From: Spongospora subterranea f. sp. subterranea
Lineage: Eukaryota
Assembly: GCA_049724395.1 (NCBI GenBank)
Contig: JAUGWO010000075.1
Location: 62,001-98,411 of the forward strand
Length of the DNA stretch: 36,411 nt
Direction of reading: 5' to 3'
A model generated the notes under the pieces. The model had not been told where the DNA came from, ran no database searches, and worked only from the letters and a program-made list of their open reading frames with translations. The translations under genes and the position numbers were made by a program. This document shows, piece by piece, positions 11,106 to 23,000 of this stretch. Position 1 is the stretch's first letter. The number at the start of each line of letters is the position of its first letter.

Positions 11106-12466
11106 TCATTGCGACTTCTTAGATCCCGACCCCTTCTTCTTTGTTGACGGGGTCTTCTTACCTCCTTTCTTCGCTCCATAAACCACGATTTGCGTTGTCA
11201 AGATGCCGTTCAACATGAAAGACATCATCAAATCACACAAAACTATAACCACATTTCAGAGATCATCAACGAAGTCCATCGTCGCTGACCTGTCCAACTG
11301 AAAGCGCCAGGATCGCCAAAAGTGGTAGCGATACGAGCAGCGTTTCCAATGAACTGCAGCCCTTGGGTAATTACTGATAGCTGTCCCGTGCTACCAGACT
11401 ACAGCACAGATAAATTGATAAACCGTATTGATGTTTGAGGAGTTTTTGTCTCAAGAGTGTTGCAATGTCACCAAAAGTAAAATCGAGCAAACTAAACCAG
11501 CAACATGGAAAAACGATTTTACGATGGCTGTTGTTTTGAAACCAAACCGAAGATGTTGTGTGAGCACAATAATCGTTCCGAGATCGCAATACTTCAGAAA
11601 ACAGGCTGTTGAAGCAGAGACATGTGAAATTTGAACAAAACATGATGATGATAATGTTTTCACCTGGAAATTCATGACTATTTGGGGGACTTTGCTGGCA
11701 ATGAACGCCACCATGCACGTCTGACGCAAAACCTGCAACTGCGCCCGCGTGACCATGGGACCCGCCAACGCGTATCCAAAAGCGACGTACACAGCGATCA
11801 ACGCACCCGATGACATGTAAGAGCGCTTCCGCCCAGAATATTTCCAGAGAAGAGCAAGAATGATGAAGTCTGCACAAGAATTTAACAAACATCTTCAAAT
11901 TAAATGAACCAATTGTGAAAGATGAACGTTGCTACTAAATGGCTATCGAAGAAATTAATAAGGTGTGGTAAAAACGGACAAAACAACCTTGGAGCAAAAG
12001 AAAACATGATTCGCCATAGGAAGTAAACGGAACGCTGGTCCGAACAGCAAAGGCCACTGTTATCATCAAACTATTGATCAAGATTAAGCCCTTAATCAAT
12101 CATGTCGAGCTATAATAGCTACGCGTAAACTTCTAGAAGGTACATGAGCGGCGAAACTCCTTTCGCACTACGACTATAAACGATTTTGGCGATCTGCGGA
12201 ACTTTAACGATGGCGCTAGCCGTAATAATAGCTAACCCAATAGCCTAGAAAGAAGTCCAATGTTATTACCCAACACATCGTATCACATAACTTTTCGTAA
12301 AAGCCGAAGTGGGCGGCAAAAATGACTTGTACTAGACCTTGCTAAATGCAACGGTGGCGCAATGACGATCTGTATAAAGGCCACGATTAACGACCGTCTC
12401 ATAGCATTTATCGGACAGAAGACCGAAACGGCGCGCCGTATTCCCAAGCCATTCCAATCCCGACAT
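11106..12466 (-). CDS. MPDU1: Mannose-P-dolichol utilization defect 1 protein (PQ-loop family), 6 exons
   Basis: Spliced product C..AFSK|AIGLAIITASAIVKVPQIAKIVYSRSAKGVS...PFTSYGESCFLLLQ...ASKVPQIVMNFQ|SGSTGQLSVIT...AARIATT...LNGILTTQIVVY, ending KKSQ* (KKxx ER-retrieval motif). Two PQ motifs. Confidence 0.92.
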
Positions 12467-13006
12467 GATCAAGTCTGTGTATTTCTGGCGACAGAACAAC
12501 AGAATGACCGTACAAGGTGCGCAACCGTCTTTCGTCTCCTTCGACATATTTATCGATTGTCACATGCCGTTGATCGGCAATGGTTTTATCTGTTGGCGAA
12601 TTTTTCGATGCAATCAGATGCTGAGTGAACTATGTAAGACGAGGCTGACGAAGCCGTGCTGCATATTATTCCATAGAGCCTGAGCCTGTTTTCGATTCAA
12701 AGAATTGTTGGCAATCGCAGATTTACATTTTTTTTGAATGCCTAATAATCCGCCAATCTGATTATAAACTCAAGTTAATGGTAGTTTATACAACTCGATC
12801 TTCGATGAATACAATCGCCCAAGTTTTGTGACACGAACAATCTGATATCAGGGTATAATTCAGCTCAACCCCCAGTCAGCGTCCCTTGTTTTGTTACTGA
12901 ATGTCAAATGACATGGAATGTGGTAGTGTCGAAGACAGTCATCAACTTTTCCGATTCATTGCTGGAATAATCCATAAAGGGCCAGATGGGGTCTATCGTA
13001 CTGGAC

Positions 13007-13254
13007 TCTGAGATGATCATCTCGTTACTGGTCTTGGTCACACTCACCATCAAGTAACACAATAGATATAGTCTGAGATGATCATCTCGTTACTGGTCTG
13101 GGTCACACTCACCATCAAGTAACACAATAGATATAGTCTGAGATGATCATCTCGTTACTGGTCTGGGTCACACTCACCATCAAGTAACACAATAGATATA
13201 GTCTGAGATGATCATCTCGTTACTGGTCTGGGTCACACTCACCATCAAGTAACA
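13007..13254. repeat. 65-bp tandem repeat, 3.8 copies, nearly identical
   Basis: Unit TCTGAGATGATCATCTCGTTACTGGTCTGGGTCACACTCACCATCAAGTAACACAATAGATATAG starts at 13007, 13072, 13137 and 13202, with one substitution in copy 1. Confidence 0.98.
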
Positions 13255-14030
13255 AGCTGCTGGAGGAATAGGAGTTAATATATCGTCATTCAAAAACGGC
13301 TTCTGCTTAAAGCATCGAACGCAAACTGATATGCGACGATGATTCCTGACCAGGATAGCATGAACATCTTGATCGATGTCAGCTAGTAATCTTCCATGTG
13401 TCGTCCATTGCATTAAATGAAGGGTTTGAGGATTATTAATGAATGTAGGGGAGAGGAACTTCTTTGTACATAATTTCTCGGATTAAACTTTTAAATATTG
13501 AACACCACATTCTGGACAGACTATTATAGCAGGATTGACAGACTTAAATCTAAAATTGATTTATTTCTTGAAAAACCCCCTTTAGATAAAGAATAATCGC
13601 CAAGTTATACAACAGCTTCATCTTGATTTGGCTCCAAAGGTGGGATTTGAGAATACTTGGATACGATTACGGGTGGAAGGGATGGGAGGTAAAATTGGTG
13701 ATAATCGTCATGAGAACCACTCTCTCTGTTATATCGATTTCTAATTCGAATGACGCACCTGGAAAAATGAATTATTATTGCCTTATTTGAGTTTGATTTC
13801 CATAAACCTCACCTGTGGCCAAGTAACACAGGAATTTCATCTTCATTACGAAACCATTAATAGTCCTTTAATTCTAATAAAACATAAACTTGAGTAGAGA
13901 TTCTTTTTCAATTGGACATCAGGTATTGCTCTTTTCGTCCATTGAAGAACATTAAATCGAATCCATTTGGAAAGATTGATATGCCTCCAACGACATTGTC
14001 GATAAACACTAAGATAGGCAGCTAGAGGAC

Positions 14031-14491
14031 ATATTAGTTGTGCTCCAACTAATCTCGTCTGTGCTAATCTAGCACCCCTCCCAACAAAAACGTTTTAAAA
14101 AGCGCACCAACTGAGACCAAGCACTGTCGATCTGACGGTCTCGTGCCATTTACAACCTTCATCTGATTTTGCCTCCGATTCAAAACAATGTAATTGCATA
14201 TTTTGTGAGGAGTGCTCCATGATGAGTGTTTTTAACTATCGATGCGTGTCAAATTCCAATCCTTTCCTGAGCACCTTGACACGCATCGATAGTTAAAAAC
14301 ACTCATCATGGAGCACTCCTCATGAAATATGCAATGTTTTAAATCGGAGGGAAAATCAGATGAAGGTTGTAGATGGCACGAGATCGTCAGATCGACAGTG
14401 CTTGGCCTAAGTTGGTGTACTTTTCAAAACGTGTTCGTTGGGAAGGGTGCTACATTAGCACAGGCTAAATTAGTTGGAGCACAACTAATAT
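14031..14491. mobile_element. Non-autonomous foldback/MITE-like element: ~220-bp inverted arms, 23-nt loop
   Basis: Arms 14031-14252 and 14276-14491 are reverse complements (about 18 substitutions and one 6-bp indel). ATAT at both ends may be a target-site duplication. It interrupts pseudogene copy C right after a block homologous to copy A. Confidence 0.85.
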
Positions 14492-17055
14492 ATCTCCATC
14501 CCAATGATACTAATGTTTGTGCTAATACGATTTGGACAAAGCTTTTCCAGAACCCGCATGCCCTTCTATGTGAAAGATGATCGGAACACCAGGATTCGTC
14601 ATATTTTTTCTTAAAATATACTCCATAGCAATACGTTGATTTGTACTACAACCTTTATCTCTTAAAGCCTTGTAATTCGAAAAAATCTATCTCTGCATCG
14701 ACAGGGCTAAGATTGCGAAATATAGGTAACTGATGATCATGAACTACCTGAATGTATCCGCGATACTGGTTTGCCATAGCATTTCTCAGAGCCGTTGATA
14801 ATCTTATCTCAGCATGTTGGTATTCGATATATCTCTCTTCGAAATGCCCCTCTGTTAATAACCTGAGAAAAACTTCTACTGGAGTATCTGGTGATCATCG
14901 ATCCATCCAAGAATTCTGTATACTAATTGGAGAGTTCCACCATGAAATTCAACACCTCTCTCCAATTATGTAAACAACATTCCTTAGAAATATCACAGCA
15001 TAAAAATCTTCATCGTCATCTGGAGCATATATATGATGTCGAAGAACTCGCTTATCTAGCAAATGTTGTGGAGTGGTTATCACCCAATATGTATTGTTAT
15101 GACTAGGCATTGAATTATAAAATCACTTGCTTCCTGGACATATCATGGAAATATTTGAGGATCTAATGCAATATCACATAACCGGCAAAAATCTAAATAT
15201 GTCAGTTGGCTATGGGGATCCCGCCTTGGTCTATCTGCCCACTTACTGACCCTGGCTATAGTATTTCGACTTTGTCATCTTCTGCTCCCTGAAGAGACCT
15301 AACCCCAGCCATAAAATTATCTGGATGACCGATTGGTATAACCTTGATCGAATTGTTGTCATATCTCATCAGAGCCCATCACGATAATCCTAGAGGAACA
15401 TTTCAGTTTAAAGATACAAATGTTAGCGATTGAAAATGTTTGAACTGCGACTGCGAAGATAATTTACAACTTGATTTTCTCGATCCCGAACGGAATGACA
15501 AATAAATTCGGTTGCTTTTTTGTAAATTACGATGCCTTGTTGCCACGTTTAAAATCACGGCCAACTAGGGCCACATTAATGTGATAGTTTAAAAAGCAGC
15601 AGTTCTATTGGACCACACTATAGTACCATCTTCCAGAGGGATCATCGTATCCAGTTAATGGGGTAGTAGGAAATGGGTATCCCTGTCGACAAGGAGAACC
15701 GATAGGTCAACAACTTTTGGGAACACATCTGTAAGACCAGCCATAATTATATCCGGATGACCAATTGTTCATCTGCATGAGACAGAACAATCCCCTGAAC
15801 CTTGAGAGAGTTGGTTTAATCACTGGGACCCTGTGAAAAACATCTGCCTGATATTTGGCTATGAAACGCGTTTCCAAGAGAAATTGAGGCGCAATAGGTG
15901 TCTAACAGACTTAATTCTGATTTCTCGATAATGGAAAGAGCAGAAACTGCTGGTGGAATAGGAGCTGACATATCTTCATTATTGCGTTTCGTAAACCTCA
16001 TCTGCAACTAATAATGGAATCTCATCTTCATTAAGAAAGGCATTAAATAATTCGAGTAAAACATAAACAGGTATAAAGTTTCTTTCGTAAATTGAACATC
16101 GCTTTGCATCCATTGTAGAACGTTAAATCGAATCCATTTCAGAAGATCGATATGCCTCCACCCCACATTGTCGATATATGTTGAGATATGCTGCCAAAGA
16201 ACACTGTCCATGTATGACATGTTTATGAAAAGTATCAAATCTTGTAGTCTATAAAAAAGAACTTGCACCAACTACCTATGAATATCTTGAATGTTGAAAA
16301 ATATATCACAAAGTCAGGTACATGTGAAGACAATTGAATTCGACTTCAGTATTCTGAATACAAAAATAAAGTCATCAAAAATACATAAGCGATTTGACCC
16401 AGAGACTATTAACCGGTGATGATCTCCATTGTAACCTGATATTCGGACATTCGTTGTCATGAGTATTCCGAATGTGATTTATAATCTCCAAAATATTAGA
16501 TGACGGTCCATTCCGTGTGAAGCAACGAAAATACATCATGGAATGAATAAAAAGATATAGTTCGCCCATATTGTCATGTTTATCGTCTAAAAATTGCAGC
16601 TTTAGTGGGACAGCTAAATTCTGTAGCCTTGGTTGAATATGACGTCATGTAACTACGTTTGAAATCACGGCTAACTAGGGCAACATTGATATGACAACTG
16701 TAGCTCCATTGGACCATAGGAAACAACGCGACCATCTATATTTGATCTGCTGTAATACCATCATCAACTGTCAATCGAACGTATGCAGCTAATTGCGCCA
16801 TGAGGAGTCACTTGTTCGGTAGAGCCCATGTTGATACAGAACTGCACAGCTATCATAATCTGAAAAGCTCCCTTGTCTTGCAAATTAATTGACCATAAAA
16901 CCCCTCAATTTCTCCGCACAGAAGCAGGGGCACCAATGAAGCAATATATCTTTGCTATCAACGAGCAAGTTCGACAGCATGGATGGGGAATCTGGTTGTA
17001 GATTAACAAAAACCATGACCTCACAGTTCCAGTTATGTCAAGATTATCAGTAAAT

Positions 17056-20000
17056 TTAGTTTGAAGATTTGGGAATGCCATGCAGGTAATATATCCATGG
17101 TGGCAACGCTGCAGCATCGCCGGTCATACAACTGATTAGGAGCTTGGTGTTGATAGGCAGCGGTGTACCGGATGCCGGCGAAAACCCGACCGATACGCTG
17201 ATCTCCTTCTTTGAGTCGATCGATTCGGTGCGTTTAGCTACAGTAAAAGCAGGATTGTCGACAGCGAATGCAAAATCACACCTCTCGGTGAACACATTCC
17301 GGAACCGGCAAGTGATTGTCGAACCCGCAATAACCGTCAGTGGACCCTGAGAAGTGATTTGAGTAAAAGTCATGTTATGTAATTCCGACTTTAATCTACT
17401 GCTGGCATGCCAATATAACCCTCAAGGTAGAATATGTAAAGCCCTCACTTTAGCCAATACAAAATGATGGCAATACTCAGTCACACAAATGTCAAACAGA
17501 TTTCAAAAAACATCATGACAGAGGCGAATTAATGATCTCTCTGCCTTATAAAATGGTTTTTGAAACCATACTTCGGGTCGTGGTGGATCGCAATGCCCAT
17601 GAAGGGCGCAACGATATTCTCCCCCATTAGGCGAAAATACTCGCAACTCGTCGCGCACATCGCCAATGCTGCTCGGGTCAAACTGGATTGTGATGGCCAG
17701 CTCGATGCCATTGCTGCCGCCGCGAGTGCATGCCCCCGCCCTGGATCCGGTTGGACCCGGGAGACGCAAAATTGAATGCCTTACCGCCCACGAATGCCGC
17801 TTCGTATGTCGTGGCTTTCGCACAGAACGATTCGAACCGAAACGTCTGTGATTGGGTCGAACCTAAAACAAAATATTACTTTCAAGTTACAAGAACCTTT
17901 GTGGTGATTCCATGTAAATTGTTTTTACAAAGCCGGAGACACTGCAGAATCGTGAGTTTCCTCCAACGCAGAAACAAACATGTCAGCGAGTCTGAAGCCT
18001 TGGCGAAGGTTTTCACAAATGTCGTCGTTCGTTTCAAAATGCCCAAAAAATATGATCAAGCCGAAAATTTCATTACCGAAATAGGTATCAAAGCGGAGGT
18101 TATTTTCGACCCCAGTTTTGTGCGGTTGCAGCGCCACATCGTAGCAGAAATCGCCCAGCTCTGCAGTCACTAGCTTTAACTGTGTTGTACCGCCACCGTC
18201 CGATAGAAGCGGCCGATATCTCACGGCTAATAGTGTCTCGGCAGACGCCTTCAACACAACAGGAACCTGAAAAATAAAGAAGTGTTCAAACATAATGAGG
18301 TTCTTTTCATCAAGCATTGACCGTCATATAAAACCGACAGAACTGAGCAAACCGTTGACGAAACGGCAAGTTTTGAAACAATTTTTTCAAACAAATAACA
18401 CGTTTAGTCAGTCAGCGCCAGAATCCATGTAATCTTTGCTGCTAACCACACAGCAGTATTTTCTGCAACAAAACAACAAGAATACAAGAAATTGGTACAT
18501 ACATTAACGAACACATCTGGGTGCGAGCAGATGAATTCTGTAACGACGACATCGGTAAGGAGCGGATTTGCGATGGAGATGCTTGTCTGAGTGGCGAGCC
18601 GAATTGGGGCCTCTAGGACAAGCGTATCCAGAACGGCGCTCGGCAACGTTGCTGTCACAATCATGCTATACTGTATATACTCCCCATTGGCATCATTTAC
18701 AAACTTTATCGTCGCTGTCGTCGTCCCAGACCTGCAGCGATTTCCAGAAATCAGCAAAACGTCGAAATTAAACAAGTGACAAAGACTGCGAATTCGAAAC
18801 TGAAGTAAATGAAAAAAACTTCTATAATCAATGATCAGCATTCAAATGCCGTAACAAACAATCATGGCCTAAGTACTGCAACTTGTTTATGAGTGCTATA
18901 TGACCGATATGCATAGAAATGAATGCGGCAGATGCGGGATACGAGACCCGGAATGGCAATGGTGTTGGCACCAGCTTTCACTATTACTGATGGATCCAAG
19001 ACAGTGCCCTCAACCCTGTCTCGGATTATCTCGATTCGGAATCGCTGTGTCTCCGGCAACCAGTTCCTCACGTTGATGGTGTGAATCAATGGAGCCTAAT
19101 ACCAGATAATATCATCTCAATGATATTATCCATCATCTTATTAAAACAAAAACGAAAAGGCCCGGATAACTTGTCGGCCAGTTCAACCATTTATTGACAT
19201 TTGAGGTGATACCTTCAACAAATACTGAACAATATAAAAAGACCAAAAAGTCAGGAAATTAAAAAACTCTCAAATCCATAGAATTTTCTCAGACAATGAA
19301 TGCAACGTGAATAATTGTAAGGCAAGACGACCTTGGCTGGAGTGACCAGCTGGAAAGTGTCCTCAATGCCTGGAGCTGTGGCTCGGCCAATTAATCGATA
19401 GAACATAACGGAACCCGTAGGAAGGGCCACGAAGAGAGACCCAACATGGCCTGTCTCCGACTTTGTCAATGGAGAAAACGTCAATGGGTATTTAAACACG
19501 GAACGGGCGGGGACAACGCATTCGTTCGGCCCCGACCAGAATCCATTTCCGATAACGGGGGATACGTGCCAGGGCTGTTCTGAATCATTGCGGATATCGA
19601 CCTCTGCCTGGCAAGATTGCCGAACCTTGCAAGAGAATGGCACCTATAAATTAATCACAGCGCATCAATAAACAGGATAATCGTTGGAATCAGATCCCTT
19701 GAAACTTCATGTTTGATCCAAAAACCTAAAACCAGCAGCAAAATTACGACTCAACAAAAAATTTGAATAATTTTTCCGGAAGTATTGCCAACTAGAAAAA
19801 TTGCTCAATTCCGTGAACAAACAACAAATATCAGAATTGCTGTTCTGAGGTTCAGTCGCTAACCTCAATCATATCGGATTTGTTGGCCTCAACTGCCGAT
19901 GCTGTCAAGTTTAGTGAGACGGAATCTGTCTCGCCGTCATCCACGACACAGCGAAGTCCGTTGCGACGAATATCGACGGCCGCTTTTAAAGGGGCAAATT

Positions 20001-23000
20001 TTACGTCCAAGAACGCTGAATCGTGGGCGGGAATAGAACCAGATGCGGGGTCAATAGAAAAATACGGTCCGAACTTGCCTAAGCAAGGAAGGAAGGAACT
20101 AAGGAAAAGAAGGACTCATCGAAAATTCCAACGATGAAAATTTGAGATCCGTTTACTTGTCAAAGTGGAAAATGTTGTGCCAGCGAAACAATTGGAGGGA
20201 AACATAGCCACGTACTTGAATCCCATGCAAATTTGCTGGTGACATCACCAATATTGTCTAACTTGACCCGCTTTATCAGTGTCGACTTGACAATAACGGC
20301 ACCGAATGAAAGTGTATCGTTATCTAGCATCAAACCTACGCCATGACAGGATCCATTAATCTGGACCAACTGTCGGTACACTCCAGATCCGTCGATCTCG
20401 TATTCAATGAAGGTGCCGAATGGCATCAGGCGATGGGTTGGCGAATATCCTGCGGAAAATTGATTACATATAAACTCACAAGAAAATTACTTCTCCGAAG
20501 GAAGATACGACGACAAAACATTAGCGATTACAAATTCACATAAACAATGACCCAAAACAAAATTCGTTCAAATCATGTTCAAGCACGAATACCAATTTCA
20601 AAAGATGCACAGTCTCCAGGGCGAATGTGAATTTTAGACGGGTCCAAGATCAGGAAAGGCAATGGTTCCTGAGTCTGATCACTGAATCGCAACGTCAGTG
20701 ATGCCGCCTTCAAGGAATTGTTCATCAGTTTGAACAAAGTAGAAGAAGTCTGACCCGAACGCAAGTTGCCTGAAAAATCAAACGATTTTTTTGTAAGTGC
20801 GCAGCCATAGGAGTGGAGCTCGATAAATTGTTTTCTCACAAATGACTTGGTTGACAATGTTTTTCAAGTGACAGAGCAAGAATTAGTGATGTAGCAGGAG
20901 GCAATTTGAGAAATAAAATTGAGTAAGAAATTTGAAATTAACCGGGGAAACCAAGAACGTTTAGAAATTGTCAAAAAGAGTCGCTGGCAGTAACAGCAAT
21001 CAAGCACTGAGGCAAGTTGATCCAATCCGCCGTTGAGCAACGAAGTCGCCATACCAACTGAAAGAACGGATGGACAGTTAATCAAATCGAAGCTGGGCGC
21101 AATCCCCTCTCCGAATACTGTTATGTCGACCTTGTAGAATCCGTTCACCTCGAGCTGAATCAGATCACGATATTTCGTGCATTGTTTCGGTGTGAATCGG
21201 ATCTGCAGCATCAATGGGTTTCAATGATAATGATTCTGAATCAAGGCTTGCAAACGAAGACGCAACAAAAATGTTACATACATCGTTGTGCCCAAATAAA
21301 TTTCCGGGAAAATTCAAATTAGAAAGTCAAAACTTGAATTGCATATGTAAACGGGCCACCGGTGTAAGGAATTATCGCTATGTGGCTTCTCATAACAAGA
21401 AATCGCCACTATAGGCTGATTTGCATTGTTGTGTTCGAAAAAAAACGAATCGCTTTTCATTGAGCATGGACTACTATTGCGCAAACATATAGCACCATTG
21501 GTGAAACTAACACGGAACCAGAGAAAAATTGTTTTTGTGATGTGAAACACGGTTGGGACCTGTAATGACTGAGAATCTCCTGGCCCCAAAACCGATGACG
21601 ATCCCAGAACTTCAAGATGCTTGGTCTTGAGGAACAATAGCTCGAGCGAAACGCTGTTGACTGGTTCTTGATTCGTTATCGTCAGCGTGCATGTATGGGC
21701 CGCACCTCCTTCTGCGAAAACAAACCTAGAGAGATCGATGGCTTTAATTGAAATTCATCAGTTTTGAGATTATATCAAAGTCACTGAAGATATAGGCAAA
21801 CCATTTACGATTTTTCAGATCAAAACACAAGAAAGCTGTTGCCAGGAAAATCAAATCTGGACGCTAATTTGTTTTACCGTTTCCCAAAGCTATGACTGCG
21901 AAAGCTAAAGTCAATGCTGGGTTTTCGTGCAACTGCCGACACAGCGAAACCGTAATGACGCACATTGGCAATTCGGCAACTTAATGGCAAAGCATCCAGA
22001 GAAAGTTCACGTCGAGAAGTAAACACGACCTCGCAAACATCTGCCATTGATCCCGGTCGAACTGTTCCCCGAACAGGGTTTACGCTAACTGGCCCGCTGG
22101 CACCACCACCGCTGCCCACTTCCCATTCATATTCGAACGCGAACTTTCCTGAACTGTTGTTAGCCTACTAAAGTTGGAAAGAATGATCATAGAATCTATC
22201 TTTTCAACTTCAATGCATTCAGATTTTGGGTGCGTTTTGATGACTACTTACCGCTGTTGACGATTTTGACAAATTTGGCACAGCGTTCGACAATGTGAAC
22301 ATCTCCAAAGGAAATAGGTGTAGAGCGATTACTGCGGTTTACGACTTGCCCATCCAGTTCAATTGCTTCATGTATTGCGTATCCTTCGCCCTTGACGTTC
22401 AGAGAAACACGCTCGGTTTTGCGTTTGATGCGAAACCCGACGTTCAAGTTATAGCTGCGTTCTTGTCGGGGAATAAACTGAAAGGAATAAAAATCAACAA
22501 TTTTGACCAGTGCTGTAAATACTAGACGCTTATGGAACTTTACTGCGTAAAAAAAAGGTAACAGATTACCGTCAAAGTAATTGGGAAGCGAGATTCCGGT
22601 AGTACGACACCAGAATGAGGCTCGATCTTGATCGGTGGATTACCAACGCTGTCAAGTTCAACGTTGAAACTGAACGGAATATGTTCGTTGCTGATTAGAT
22701 AGACGGTTTCCATGGCCTTAGAACCCAGTAGGAGCTCCGAAAAATTCACGGAGGAACATGAGAGCGCAACATCAGGCTCGACAACGGTACCGACCAATAG
22801 AAACGGAACTGTAACACCCAACTCTGGAATGGAAAATATCCACCGCGATTCCTGACGACCCAGTTGTTATTCAATGCAGTTAGAATTTTATGAGGTGAAA
22901 CATTTCGTCACCGCAAATCCTCATACAGCTCAAACCTTCATCGGGGACATAAGACTGTTTTTACCTGCAGTTGTACATTATCGGGAATATACTCGAAAGC

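Larger units (their letters stand above)
12860..16801 (-). pseudogene. Cluster of about three decayed tandem paralogues of an unidentified, apparently intronless gene family (A ~15680-16801, B ~15230-15660, C ~12860-15200)
   Basis: Shared DNA/peptide blocks: HINVALV(S/G)RDFKR at ~16654-16690 and ~15545-15580; RHI(D/N)L.KWIRFNVLQW at ~16110-16176 and ~13940-14003; (NED/NDD)...PIPPA at ~15946-15980 and ~13256-13290; CAGCCATAA..TAT.(C/T)GGATGACC.ATTG at ~15738 and ~15307. Many stops and frameshifts. Boundaries are approximate. Confidence 0.65.

Noticed and set aside
11080..11160. Small stem-loops (GACCCC/GGGGTC) as a terminator or ncRNA
   Set aside because: Mostly within the Lys-rich last coding exon of MPDU1; short and expected by chance.
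13007..13254. CRISPR-like array (palindromic repeat x4)
   Set aside because: The intervening sequences are identical rather than unique spacers, there are no cas genes, and the context is eukaryotic; it is a tandem repeat.
14329..14580. ORF in the right arm of the foldback
   Set aside because: The equivalent frame in the other arm has a stop, and the arm differences are not concentrated at synonymous positions.
14650..15120. Alternative genetic code (TGA read-through) in the island ORFs
   Set aside because: TAA/TAG stops and frameshifts also occur, and neighbouring genes use TGA as a normal stop; ordinary decay explains it.
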